Positions 24,100 to 36,799 of a stretch of 64,000 bases of DNA are shown here, in pieces. A program made the translations under genes and the position numbers. Position 1 is the first letter of the stretch; the number at the start of each line of letters is the position of its first letter. The notes beneath the pieces were generated by a model that was not told where the DNA came from, made no database searches, and saw only the letters and a list, made by a program, of their open reading frames with translations. The stretch is from Takakia lepidozioides (Eukaryota; Plantae; Bryophyta), in contig CM060733.1 of assembly GCA_030704615.1 (NCBI GenBank), forward strand, positions 41,788,001 through 41,852,000, given 5' to 3'.

Positions 24100-24480
24100 C
24101 CTCATATGAACATCATTGGGAGCTGCATACGCCGGCCCTCCCCTGACTGCCACCCAGGCCTATAGGAAGCTGACTCCTCCCAAAAATCCAGGGTGAAGCC
24201 CATATGATACAACACGGCCCTACCAACCAGAACATCGTACGAGACCGCGTCTGTCATAATGGCCTTGGCTCGCATCACTGAGCAATCTGTAGGGTGATCC
24301 GGCCGTAGTCTGATAGCCAACTCATGCCGTGTCATGCCCCGAGCCTACTCCAATCCTCCCAGAGACGTCTGTATCTAGAAAAGACAAGGCTCCATATCCG
24401 CCTCCGTAAGGCCCAAGCCTGCAATAGCAGCTTTGCCCAGAATCAATGGCTGAGCTCCCGAGTCCAACAAGACCCGCAGT
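24100..24480 (-). pseudogene. Aspartic protease of B
   Basis: LRVLLDSGAQPLILG at 24479-24435 and YDVLVG downstream. Confidence 0.85.
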
Positions 24481-24500
24481 GGCCGGTACCTCCTGCCTGC

Positions 24501-25463
24501 TGTCGCGCGGCTTTTACTCACCCATTTCTTCGCTATCCGAGGGGGAAACTCCAAAATAGAAGAGTTGGATGTCTCTAAGCACTAAGCACTCAGCCCGCGC
24601 AAAACAATCAGTCATGACCTGCAGCTAGCAAATCATGGTTGTGCTTCCTATTTATATTCCTTCTTGCTTTCATGTTATCAATTTCCTTTATGGCGAATAC
24701 TTAAGCATCAGATTGCTTCAGTATCTATCAAGTTCCATTCACACACATATTCATTCCACAGCTTCACTCAAGTCTCTCTACACAGTGTGATTGTATCGAA
24801 TAAGTATCACATTATGACTTATCACATATCAAACCAAAGTCATGGTGTCCCTAGCCTGCTCTACAGTACATCACTACTGCTTGCACAAGTCCCACATCTT
24901 CTTCTCATATCTCCTCCTCTGTGTAATCATCATCCCTCATATGCTCCAAGATCGTGCCTCATGTCTCTCCTCCTCCCGTGATGTCTACAAAGTGATGATC
25001 TCCCCATTCTCCATTTCCGCTCCTCCTTTTCTACCCACAAGCTGTTCTAACCACCTAACTAACTAACTGTCACCCCTGAAGTAATATGTTCCCTCTGCAG
25101 ATGTCGTTCCCTCACAGTCGTTCCCTGTCATGATATTGTTCCCCATGTACTGTGACCACTATGTCAAGCTGTGACTGGCTGTGCGAAGCTGTGCCGACTG
25201 TGACAAGCTGTGACGGGCTGTGTGAAGCTGTGACGGGCTGTGATAAGCTATGTCGGGCTGTGTGAAGCTGTGACAAGCTGTGACAAGCTGTGTCAAGCTG
25301 TGTCAAGCTGTGTCGGGCTGTGTTGGGCTGTGACTGACTGTGTAACCCCCTTAAAGCCTATGTTTGCAACCCCTAAGGCTTTTGTTGGTCTCAGTGCGTG
25401 CAAAAATTAAGGGTACCCCACAAAACCCGTAAAAGTGTCTAAGTCCTAAGCAACCCTCTAACA
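24501..25463 (-). repeat. 3' LTR of element D, containing a CACAGC-unit tandem array (25160-25345)
   Basis: PPT GAGAGGGGAAGGGG at 25480-25467; TG...CA ends (TGTTAG...GCGACA); interrupts B. Confidence 0.7.
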
Positions 25464-27452
25464 TTACCCCTTCCCCTCTCAAAAAGCCGTGTCCTCACGG
25501 TTTACTATTTGGAATCAGCAAACCTTTGTGAGCGAGCACATTTCTGCCGGTGAGTGTCTCTTGAAGTACTATGCGTGTGAGCCCGAGTCCTGTCACTTGT
25601 GGACGGAGATGACTGAGTACTCCCTGGTAAGGTTTTACCCTGTTTTGGTTGATAAGGAGGTAACCTCTGAGGCATACGAGATCCCTTGTCTCTTGTCCTC
25701 CATTGCTAATTCGTAATCCTCCGCCATGTCAAAAGAGTTCTTTGAAGTATCTGGTGTAGTATCAGAATCCTCATCACCCTACGGCCTTTCGGTGGTCTGA
25801 TCTTCTTGGGCTTCTCAGGAATCGCGCACCTCACTTCGGTAAGCTCCCCTTCAAGTCATAGTTACTCGCTTTGATGCGCGCGCCTGACTCCCAACCTGGC
25901 CGCCGGGCCAACTTGGAGCTTCGGCTGCTCACCGGGACATAACGGTCCCCCTTCGATCTCCCAAAAGACCCTCCACCAATTTGGGCCTAGTAGGAATTCC
26001 CTTTGATAGATGGAGTCCAGAATAACTCCCCACTCTTTGGTCGCTTTCCGGCTCGTACGCTTACTCACTAGTTTTTGGTCACCAACAGGCTTGCACCGTT
26101 CTCGGGGTTACTACTCCCTATATATACTTCTGTAGTTGTCCGCGGGGGTTTCACAAACAACCATGCCATTTCATGGCGAACCACCACGAAGACCCTCGAC
26201 TCCCGGTGATGAGTCGCGGTGAGTCTTGGCCCACCCACCATGGCCCCATTGGGTCGTGATGAGTCCCAAGACTCCCCACGACTCCCACCACGAGGTCTCC
26301 GCCCCCATGGTGAGTTCTATGCCACCCCCACTAAGTCCCACTAAGCTACCACCACCCCTTGTGGAGCCACCCCCACCGCAACCCGGTGTGCAGGGCTCCA
26401 CCTAGTAAGTGCCTCCGCCTCCTTGAGTGCCTTTGGCACTCAAGGGTGCTTCAGCCCCCCGTACCTATCACTGCCACTGCCCCCACCACAGGGGCAGCCC
26501 CTCTTGTGTCCTGACCCCCCTGCCCTCAAGGCAAAGGGCCGCCACACACACCCCTACCAACAGGGAGTCGATGTCCTCATCGGCTTGTCCATTTTGTGGA
26601 AACGAACATCCAAGTTGTGGCGTCCCACATCAAGGAGTTTGTTTCCGTACCATGGCGTCCCATGGCAAATAACCAAACCCCACACTTGACTCTACTCTCC
26701 ACTAGCTAGTTCGGCCGACTTCCTCCAAGTCCCGGCCAAGGGTGGAGCCTCTCAAGCTCCTCCCAGTGCACTCTTCTTGGCCTACTTCAAGGCCAAGGAA
26801 CGATCCTCCTCGAGGATCGAATCGCCTTACTGCAACAACATTGCTTGCGACCGCTCATGATGCCGCTTTTGGCATCACCTTGAGCAAGGGTTCACCTCAA
26901 ACCCTCTTTGACTAGGAAGATAACCTTGAACCAACCGTGCGCCCCAATCACTACAATTGTGTCCGTCTTGGAATGCTGGCCTGAGGTACGGGAACACGCC
27001 GAAGCCGCACTACGACTTCGTCCCGAGGCTACACGATTATAGTACGTGAACGGAAGCACGTAGCTTCCGCGTTAGCCCGCACTACAAGGCAACCCCCTCG
27101 GTAGCGCAGTTATAGTACGCGCACGCGCCAGGTGCACACTAGCACGTGAACTCCCAAAGAAGGCGCAAATTTCCTTGCCCCCTTGGATGGGAGTCACCTG
27201 ATTTCAGCACTGTGCAAACACACGATTAACCCAATTTACCTCTCCTACTTTTGTAAGTTAGCATGCATTCTATATACTAGCCAACCATACCATGCATCAC
27301 CATTCCAAACAAAATAGGACGCACGACATTTGGAAACCATTACATTTATAACCAATTTTGTACAATACAAGTTTTTGCAATCAGATTCCTAAGCTAGCTA
27401 AGCTGGGCTAAGCATGCATTTCCTCCCCCACGCTCCAAGGTTGATGTCCCCA

Positions 27453-30400
27453 TCAACGCTTCTTCCGCTTTTGAGGTCGCCCTTCGAAAGCTGCAACCGC
27501 CTCGGATGCGTTTCCCATTTCTGAGGCACACATCCAAGATGCTTCCACATAATGATAGCCCTTCCATTTCACGAGATACTCCATTTCTCGGTTCTTGAAC
27601 CTCCTCGACTTAAGCACTGCCTCCACCTCGTACTCAGGTTCATTTTCATGATCCAACAGCACAGGTGGCGGACGCAACACTTGATGCCGATTCGGGCGCG
27701 CTTCATCTTTGAAGTAAGGCTTCAAAAGGGAGACGTGGAATACTGGATGCACCTTGCTGTTTGCCGGCAGCTCCAATTCATACACATCCTCATTCATAAC
27801 CTTCCGGATGCGAAAGGGTCCCGCATACGGAGGTACGAACTTTGGACTCACTTTCGAAGGTAGTCGGAAATTCTTGATGTTCAACCAGACCTCCGTGCCT
27901 GCCTCAAACTTCACTTCCCTCCGCTTCCGATTCGCTTGCCTTTCATACCGTTTCCTCGCTTTGGCAATGTTGTACTTTGCGAGCTTCAACAAACGCTTGC
28001 GTTCTTCCAGTACCGCCGCTACTGCCACTCCCTCAACGTCCTGGGCGGCCCAACTTGTCGGCACCAGAGGTGTTTTTCCATAGACCAATACGAAAGGGGA
28101 AACTCCCGTTGCGGAGTGTTCTGTGTTATTATAACAGAACTCTGTCGCGTCTAAGTGTTCCACCCAGTCTGTTTGGTCTGCCGACACGTAATCTCGCAAG
28201 ATCTGCTTCACTACAGAATTCACTCTTTCCATTTGGCTATCGGTCGTAGGTCGGAAGGCGGTGCTCATCTTCAGCCTCGTCCCCATCTTCTTCCAAAGTA
28301 TCCTCCAAAATTTACTCGTAAACTTTGGATCGCGGTCCGAGACAATATCCTTCGGGACTCCATGATGCTTTAAGACGTGGGCAAAGTAAAGTCGCCCTGT
28401 CTCCTGCGCCGTTGCCGTCTCCTTGGTGGGGATGAAATGGCCCATTTTACTAAACCTATCCACCACCACCATGATTGCATCAATCCTTTTGACAGCGGCA
28501 TAGCAGTCATGAAATCCATCGAGACGCTTTCCCAAGTCCCCTCTGGAATCGGCAAGGGTTGTAACAGCCCCGCTTGCTTTTTATACTCGCTCCGGTTTTG
28601 TTGGCATGTGGTGCATGTCTTGACATACTCCTCTGCCTCCTCCCTCAGTTTGGGCCAGAAATACTCTTTTTTCAAGAGTGCCGCAGTGCGCTTGGCTCCG
28701 CCGTGGCCCGCAAGCGGGCTATCATGGCATTCTCTCAAAAGACTATCTCTGATCCCTCCCTTCGGCACGTAGAGACGTTTTTGCTTATACCGGAGCAGTC
28801 CATTTTGCAAGTGGAACTGCGATTTAACCCCCATCCTCAAGTCCTGCATCACGGACTTTGCCAGCTCATCCTTCCGGCAAGCCTTCCGGATCTTCCTTTG
28901 GAACGCCGTCTCGCCCCTGTACACCAACATGAGCTGCTGCTTTCTACTTAAAGCATCGGCCACCACATTGTCCCGTCCCGGTTTGTACTGGATATCCACG
29001 TCGAACACCGCCAAAGTATCTTGCCACCTAAGTTGTTTTGGGGACAACTTGGACTGCGTGGCAAAATACTTCACCGTAACATTGTCTGTGAACACCTTCA
29101 CTGGGTTGGAACCAACATAGTGGCGCCAAAGCTCAAGGCAATGCACCACCGCCTTCATATCTTTTTTGTGTATCGGCCACCGTCGCTCTACTTCATTCAG
29201 TTTCTTACTTTCGTAAGCCACTGGACGTCCATCTTGCATAAGTACACCCCCAATCGCGAAGTCCGACGCATTTGTATGAATCTCGAACGGACGATCGAAC
29301 TCCGGGATTTTCAAGACTGGAGCTTCCACCATCCGCTGCTTCAATTCAGCAAAAGCTTGGCCACAAAGGGTGTTCCATACCCAGACTTTGGATTTACACA
29401 GAAGGTCCGACAGCGGCCCCGCGATCTTGGCAAAATTTCTCACATACTTTCGGTAATAGGAGGCGAGTCCTAGGAAGGATCGCACTCCCGGGACCGAAGT
29501 CGGAGGCTCCCAGTCCAAGATTGCCCTCACCTTTCTGTCATCCATTTTGATCCCATCATGTGTAATCACATGCCCCAGGAACTCCACTTTCGTGACCCCG
29601 AATTCGCACTTTGAAGCTTCGGCGTATAGTTTCCCTTCCCGCAATTTTTGGAACACCCTTTTGAGGTGCTCCAGGTGCTCCTCCTTTGTTTTCGAGTACA
29701 CCAAGATGTCGTCGATGTACACGATCACAAAGTCATCCAACCACTCCTGAAAAAGGTTGTTCATCAGCGTGCTAAAGGTCGCGGGTGCATTGGTGAGCCC
29801 AAAAGGCATCACCAAGAACTCATATGAACCATACCTTGTCTTGCACGCGGTCTTCTCCTTATCTCCTTCCGCCACCCAAATTTGATGATAGCCGGAGCGC
29901 AAGTCGATCCGGCTGAAATACTTCGCTCCTGCCAACCGGTCGAAAAGGTCGTCGATCCTTGGCAAAGGGTACCGGTTTTTGATAGTCACCTTATTCAGAG
30001 CCCTTAAATCGACACACATCCGCAACGTCCCATCCTTCTTGTCTGCGAATAGCACCGGGGCTCCGTAAGGTGACTTACTCGGCCGGATGTACCCCTTTGA
30101 CATTAGATCCTTGAGTTGAGTCTTCAGCTCGACCAACTCTCTATGACTCAACCGGTAGGGCGCCTTGGCAGGCGGTTCCAACCCCGGTATCACCTCAATC
30201 TTGTGGTCAACTCCTCTTCGCGGTGGCAAGCCGCTTAGTAAATCCTCCGGCATCACATCCTGGTATTTCTTCAAAATCCCCTTGATCCAATCTGGGCTCG
30301 GTTCCCCATCACCTTCTCCCTTCACTTGTCTTACGTAAAGTAAAAACTGGGGCTCGTGTGACTCCTCCACGGCCCACTCTCTTGCTGACATGAAGTTTAT

Positions 30401-31970
30401 TCGCCCTCCCATGGGTTTGGGAATTTCCGATACTCGTAAGACCTCGCCACCATTCCCACATGGCAGTGTGACTACTCTCTTGCGGCCATCTATGACCGCT
30501 CCAGATTTGCTCAAAAAGGTCATCCCCAAAATGAGATCCACTCCATCGATCTCACAGATGGTGAAGTTCTCACGTCCCTCCCAACTCCCCAGTTGAAGAG
30601 GAACATCGAACGCCAACCTTGTCGCCAGTTGTGGTTCTCCTTTAGCAGAACGCATCTCAATAGAGGCCCCCACGTCACTTGTCGAGAGTCCCAACTTTTG
30701 CGCCGCCGCTGGCGTCATGAAGGAGTGCGACGCTCCTGTGTCCACCAACAATGACACGCCAATTTCCTGATACAACTCACAAGAATAGGTGCCCACCTTG
30801 CAAGTCTTGGCGACCACCGCTTCCACCAAGCGACTGATGATATCTTCCGACAGCTCCGTGGTTGCCCGAGTCATGCTCAATTGTCGAGGTTTCGTGCACT
30901 TCTTGGTCATGTGCCCGGGCTCCCCGCAATTGAAACACACTCCATCAAATGTCGCCTTCTGTCCGCCATAGGCCGCTCCACCCGCTTTTCCTTTCGAAGC
31001 ACCGGGTGTCGCCTTGACTTGTGAAGGCCCTCCCTTTGATTTCCACATGCCATTATCGACGCGTGGCCTATCCCACTTCTTTTCCAGTCGGAAGGAGTCA
31101 CCTTCCCGCCGAGTCTTCTTGTGGTTCAGCTCCGTACGGCCTTGTCTTTCACCCCTAGGGACATCCGAGAAACATTCAGCCCTCTCAATTGCCTCGTTCA
31201 AAGTCTTGGGTGGCTTCTCCTCCAACTTCCACCTGGCTCATGGGGCAAATCCCGCCACAAAGTTGAAGACCATTTCTGGTTCTGCCATGTCCGCGACTTC
31301 GAGCAACCGCACATTGAAAGCCTGAACATATCCCCGAATGTCATCTGTTTGCTTCAAATTCCTCATCTTGTCCCGAGCAAGCCAAGACGCGTTGAGGGGC
31401 ACAAACTGTCTCTTCATCAATTCCTTGAACCCACTCCAGTTCAAGGTTTCCGGGCTTGGACCTTGGTCGTGAAGGCGTTTCTGCCACCATTGTTGAGCAT
31501 AGCCCCTCAAATAGGTGGGAGCCACTTCCACCCGATCCACGTCACTCAACTTGGCCGCCCGGAAGTACTGCTCTAGCTCCAGGAGCCAGGTGTTGAGTGC
31601 CTTCCGATTTCGGACGCCCTCGAAGGTGTCGGGTTCCTTAGGCTTCACCTTAAACTTTGCCTTAGTGGAAGTGGCATTATCTGCCTTCAACACGTCTTTC
31701 AATTCCCGCCAAACTGCGCCAACAACCCTTCCCAAAAGGTTGCCGGCATGGGAGGCATCAATTGGTTTGTCGGAGCTCTCAAGGATTCCTCGGGCTCCGA
31801 CTCCTCGGGCTCCGACTCCTCGGATTCCTCCCGCTCTTGAGCGGCCTCGTTTTCAGAAACATGCATCGCTTCCTCAAACGGCCGCCTCGGTGGCACGTCG
31901 CCCCCATCAGGCTTACCAGGATCATCATCTTTTGGGCCATTCCGCTTTCGCTTTGGCTTGCCCGACCCCA
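27453..31970 (-). pseudogene. gag-pol: gag-pol of C with chromodomain (stop at 31238-31240, frameshifts near 31740 and 28480)
   Basis: [46 protein letters not shown]...YLVKWKGY...ASW. Confidence 0.93.
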
Positions 31971-32012
31971 TGATGAGGCCAATCCCAAGGACGATCGCGT
32001 ACTGAACTTTAG

Positions 32013-32024
32013 GCTCTGATACCA
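32013..32024 (-). promoter_or_regulatory. Primer-binding site (tRNA-iMet) of C
   Basis: TGGTATCAGAGC 2 nt inside the 5' LTR end. Confidence 0.9.
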
Positions 32025-32754
32025 AGTGTTGCGCACCTCACTTCGGTAAGCTCCCCTTCAAGTCATAGTTACTCGCTTTGATGCGCGCGCCTGACTCCCA
32101 ACCTGGCCGTCGGGCCAACTTGGAGCTTCGGCTGCTCACCGGGACATAACGGTCCCCCTTCGATCTCCCGAAAGACCCTCCACCAATTTGGGCCTAGTGG
32201 GAATTCCCTTTGATAGATGGCAGTCCGGAACAGCTCCCCACTCTTTGGTCGCTTTCCGGCTCGCACGCTTACTCACTAGTTCTTGGTCACCAACGGGCTT
32301 GCACCGTTCTCGGGGTTACCACTCCCTATATATACTTCTATAGTTGTCCGCGGGGGTTTCACAAACAACCATGCCATTTCATGGCGAACCACCACGAAGA
32401 ACCTCGACTCCCGGTGTTGAGTCGCGGTGAGTCTTGGCCCACCCACCGTGGCCCCATTGGGCTGTGATGAGTCCCAAGACTCCCCACGACTCCCACCACG
32501 AGGTCTCCGCCCCCATGGTGAGTTCTATGCCACCCCCACTAAGTCCCACTAAGCTATCACCACCCCTTGTGGAGCCACCCCCACCGCAACCCGGTGTGCG
32601 GGGCTCCACCTAGTGAGCACCTCCGCCTCCTTGAGTGCCTTTGGCACTCAAGGGTGCTTCAGCCCCCTGTACCTATCACTGCCACTGCCCCCACCACAGG
32701 GGCAGTCCCTCTTGTGTCCCGACCCCCCTGCCCTCAAGGCAAAGGGCCGCGACA

Positions 32755-34400
32755 CTTCTCAGGAATCATTCGTGGCATATAGTGTTGCCCCACCATGTCT
32801 GGAAGTTTAAACTTTATGACCTGTTGTAAGCGCATGCAAGCAACATTAGTGAATTCTAATAACTCCTTGTTCGTATAGGTGAGAGGCGTTCCAATGACTT
32901 TGGAACAGTGTAAGTATTTCCAGGTTGCTTGTCCCTTAGAAAAAATATTGTCCATGCCCAATTTTTCTTTGGCCAAGTTGTTCCAAGCTAAGTTGAACCA
33001 TGAACGAGGTTGGGAATCCTTCTGCAACATGACTTTTGTATCATATAAGTACGTATGATGTGGCATTGAAGGTAAGATCCAATGATCCCCAATGGAATAA
33101 CTCAGAAATCTTGACTGTATCTTCTGCTGCTCAATGTGATAACGTGCAATGAAACAAGCAGCATAGTATACTCCACAGCCCATGACCAAACTAGATACCT
33201 CCTTGGTCTTGGTGTAGATATGCCTATGAACAATTTGGAAGACAATCAATTCCTTCAACATGGTACCTGCTTCAGACCAGTACCTTGCAAAGTGATGATC
33301 CTCAATGGGTCGATTGTTTGGGAGAACTTTAGTCCGTGTTGCCACTGGCAACCATATGCACATTATCTGGTAGTAATGTGCCAGGATTAAATTCTTTCCA
33401 AGCCAAATCCAACACAATTAGAATTTCGTTGAAGGGCATAATCATAGCCCAATTGTACTCCTATGCAGCAGGAGTCTTTGGTGGGTTGAAAGCAATATCT
33501 CCTCCTGTGTGACACCCCTTATAGTCCGCTCCTGCTTGAGTCTATAGACATGTAATTGCTGCTGTAAAGCCTCCATGCGCTTCGCATGAGGTTCGACTAA
33601 ACTCGCATAAGCAGCAGCTAGATTATTGGCTTCCTTCCCAGTCTTGTTAGCCACAGAAAGTTGATTTCTGTTAGCCATGAGTATTTGTTGCAACTCTAGG
33701 ATATACTTCTCCCGGTTAGCCTCAACCTGTCTATACTATTGGAAGGTATTCTCATTGCGACGGATTGTATCTTTTATATCAACAATGAGTTTGGTTTGTT
33801 CCACTATCTCAGTTTCTGCCAGTATACATCTCTCCCCTTGTTTGTTAGCTTCTGCTGCAGTTTGCTCTAGAGCAGTTGTGAGTGTAGCACATTGTATTGT
33901 TATCATTTGATGTACTGCCTCCAATTCTATATGTAGTACCTTTGCCTCTTGCAACTCGCCCTCATGCTTCATCTGCAGTTGGAATAACTGTTGTTTATGT
34001 GCTTTATGGAACTGGTCCTGCTCGAGACCTGCTTCCATCAAATGTTCTTTAGCCAATTGCAAAGCAGCCTTTGTATCCTCCAACTCATGCTGTAACTTCA
34101 GATTAACCTCTACATCAATCTTGTTAGCACACTCAGTGGTCATCTGAGCCTCAAATTCCTTCCTGAGTTCCTCTCTCAAAGCTTCCAATTGGGTAGATGG
34201 AACATGGGATTTTACATATGTTCCCAACAAATTGAGTGTCATGCTTATAGAACTCATAAGCATAGCCTGCTGGGGGTCATTATGGTGAACTTGCTGCTGT
34301 TCTCCCTGATCCTCCATAGTGTGATGCTTCACGAACCATTCAAGCCATTGTTCTATCAGATCTTCTTCTTGAATCACCACATCCTCCACAGGGGGGCTGC
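32755..34400 (-). pseudogene. Degenerate accessory coiled-coil ORF of element D, homologous to 62455-64000
   Basis: Shared peptides QW.EW.V.HHT.EDQ.EQQQ.HHNDPQQAMLMSS and HYYQIM.IWLPVATRTKVLPNNR.IEDHHFA. Confidence 0.85.
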
Positions 34401-34405
34401 TATTT

Positions 34406-34442
34406 CATGAGCCATGAGCCATGAGCGGCATGAGCCATGAGC
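34406..34442. repeat. CATGAGC tandem repeat at the left border of the 34.4-42.8 kb block
   Basis: Five CATGAGC units. Confidence 0.7.
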
Positions 34443-34854
34443 AGAGTCGTAAGTGTGGAAAAAAACATGAGCAGCACTATTTTCCGGAAATGAGTGTCCG
34501 CGGGAATAGGGTTTAGGGTGCCACGGTCATAGGGGGAGAAGGACCTCCCGATGAAGGAGGTTCGGCAATGTTATTTAGAATTATATATTGAAAGGCAATG
34601 TTTTGCGAATGGTAGGGTGGTACTGCTCTGTACAATGGGGGCCCATTTCAGCCTACCAGCCATTTGCAAAATCCACCCACACTCCCAATCCCAAACGAAA
34701 TGAGCAATGACGCATTCTCGGAACGATGGACACAGAATAGAATAAAAAGAGGGCACAATGAGGTTTTTATTGATCCACATGAATTGCATTTGAAGCACGT
34801 CTACTGTGCTGATTGTGCCATCAAATCTTGAGCCCTGTGCCTACTGAATACAAG

Positions 34855-35418
34855 TCACGTTGTCAATGGGACTTCGACTGCTCTCAGAACTAGCTCATGA
34901 GTCATGGGGCTCCTCCATGTAAAGTCGATTGCAGCCGTTGTACCGCCCCTAGTGATGTTCACCACAATGTCCTGCCCTTCAATCATACCACCATCGAATA
35001 TGGAAATCTTCACGTTTTCGTCGTCCACACCAATGCGAATGTCCCCATACAATGGAGAAGAGGAGCGCACTCCTCGAGGAGAATAGGTCTCTCCGATGGA
35101 GTCCACCCACGTCCAGTGGCAGCAGTTCCACCGCAACAGCATAGCAGTGCGCCTTCTTCTGCATGGGTGACCGTCGTAACTGGGAAAATCGGAATCGAGG
35201 ATGCGCAGGAGCCACGGACTCCTCAGACCAAGATCGTCACCCCGCTCGAAGGCGTAGTGGCCTACGATATACTCAAAAGCCACCAATGTTTCCACAATCG
35301 AACCAATATCTTCTGTGTAATCTGTGTACCAGATAACAATGTCTCCCGATGTGGCCGAATACATTGCATAATCGATGCCTCCAAAGGGGCAGTCGTCCCG
35401 GTTCCGGAAGCACGGCAT
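34855..35418 (-). CDS. Hypothetical protein of about 187 aa, paralogue of 35965-36543
   Basis: Open ORF alignable end to end with the divergent neighbour (MPC.RN..DCP, DYAM, SGDI, RWNCC.WT, YGDIR, DGG.I.G.DIVV, EVP). Confidence 0.7.
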   Translation of the reverse strand: MPCFRNRDDCPFGGIDYAMYSATSGDIVIWYTDYTEDIGSIVETLVAFEYIVGHYAFERGDDLGLRSPWLLRILDSDFPSYDGHPCRRRRTAMLLRWNCCHWTWVDSIGETYSPRGVRSSSPLYGDIRIGVDDENVKISIFDGGMIEGQDIVVNITRGGTTAAIDFTWRSPMTHELVLRAVEVPLTT

Positions 35419-35964
35419 CCTTGCAAAGGAGGACCTGAGGACGACTTGGATGCCGATGACCTTGCGGACAGCTACGAAGCCCTTAGATTTTGGAAATGAT
35501 ACGAAGCGGAAGAGCAGTCCGGCCTCCAATAATGGAGCATCTGGGTCACACGTACCCACCGACGGAGGTGGAACGTGTTCATCACGGCAGCGGTGGATGA
35601 ACCCATACATCTTTCTCATCAAGAAGTTATAGTTTGAGATCTGCCACCGAAGTCCATCCCCCCGGATGGAAATTCGGCGCCGCATTTACATCGAAGAGGG
35701 GACTTCGTCGTGTCCAGTGGCTATCGGCCCACCTGGCAGTGACTGCCCATAGTTTGCATGGCAGGGTAGGAAACAGAAACGGCTACATTTATGCAGCAGC
35801 CAATCTTCATCGGTCCAGGATCCTGTAGGGGGGAAATTTAAATGTGCCCTGGAGTGTTTGTGAGGAATTGCAGCGTTAGCTTGAACTTTTTCCAGCCACC
35901 GCGCTGCTCCTCCTCCATCCGGGAGCTGCTGTCATTGAGCGTACTCCGCTACTCTTTTTCAAGG

Positions 35965-36543
35965 ATGCCGTGCCGCCGAAATCCAGCCGACTGCCCTTAT
36001 CATGGCCACGATTATGCTATGTTCAAACCAGAATCAGGAGACATCATTGTCTGGCTCTCTGTTTTCACAGACGCTGCTGGAATCAAGCAAGAGTCTTTGC
36101 GCGCAATGGAGAATCTGGAGGGCTATTACCGCTTTGAGCGAGGTGAGGGCGAGGGTCAATGCGGTCCGTGGGTCTTGAAAATTGTTGACCTCGATATACC
36201 AAGCTGGAAAGGGATGCCGGACAGATCACGCACGGCCTCGCTTTGGCGCTGGAACTGCTGCCAGTGGACCAGGGAGGACGGCACCGAGGAAAACTATATA
36301 CGTGCAGATCACTCCGCTCTTCCAGTGTATGGAGACATTCGGCTGCGTTGCGAAGACGAATCGCACGGGCACATGAGGCCCACAGTGACCTTGTCAATGT
36401 ATGATGGTGGTATCATTGATGGACATGACATTGTCGTCGGCTCCAGCAAGGGCAGCAGAACGACCGAATTGCAGTTTACCTCGAGGTGCCGCAGCAGTGA
36501 TGAGCTTGTTTTTAGGGGTATCGAAGTTCCGTCGACTTGGTGA
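35965..36543 (+). CDS. Hypothetical protein of about 192 aa, paralogue of 34855-35418
   Basis: Same shared motifs; amino-acid conservation despite nucleotide divergence. Confidence 0.7.
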   Translation: MPCRRNPADCPYHGHDYAMFKPESGDIIVWLSVFTDAAGIKQESLRAMENLEGYYRFERGEGEGQCGPWVLKIVDLDIPSWKGMPDRSRTASLWRWNCCQWTREDGTEENYIRADHSALPVYGDIRLRCEDESHGHMRPTVTLSMYDGGIIDGHDIVVGSSKGSRTTELQFTSRCRSSDELVFRGIEVPSTW

Positions 36544-36799
36544 AGCCCATGTAGAAGGAGGAAGGGCTTAGTTTTGTCTGCAGTTGGTAAATGTGAGACA
36601 TCGTGTCCGATCAATAAACCCATCGTACCTCACTTCTGTATGATTGTGTTTCATTGTGTTGAATAACTGTCGGAATTGGCCCACTGTTTACAATTTGATG
36701 TCTCATTTCTACAATGTGTCTGTCCGGATGAATATAGCAGAGTAACCGTTATGTGAGTGATGTGTCAAGAATATACCAGAGTAACGCCATGTCGGCATC

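Larger units (their letters stand above)
19650..24500 (-). mobile_element. Copy B of the DNMT-Gypsy family (PR-DNMT-RT-[RNaseH deleted]-IN-PHD, X-Y-X end), 5'-truncated by element D
   Basis: Colinear with A; X 20156-20311 and 19650-19827, Y between; PPT 20314-20320; about 1.2-kb deletion at about 21472. Confidence 0.95.
25822..32754 (-). mobile_element. Chromovirus-type Ty3/Gypsy element C
   Basis: LTRs 25822-26546 and 32027-32754; PBS TGGTATCAGAGC; gag-PR-RT-RH-IN-chromodomain. Confidence 0.95.
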
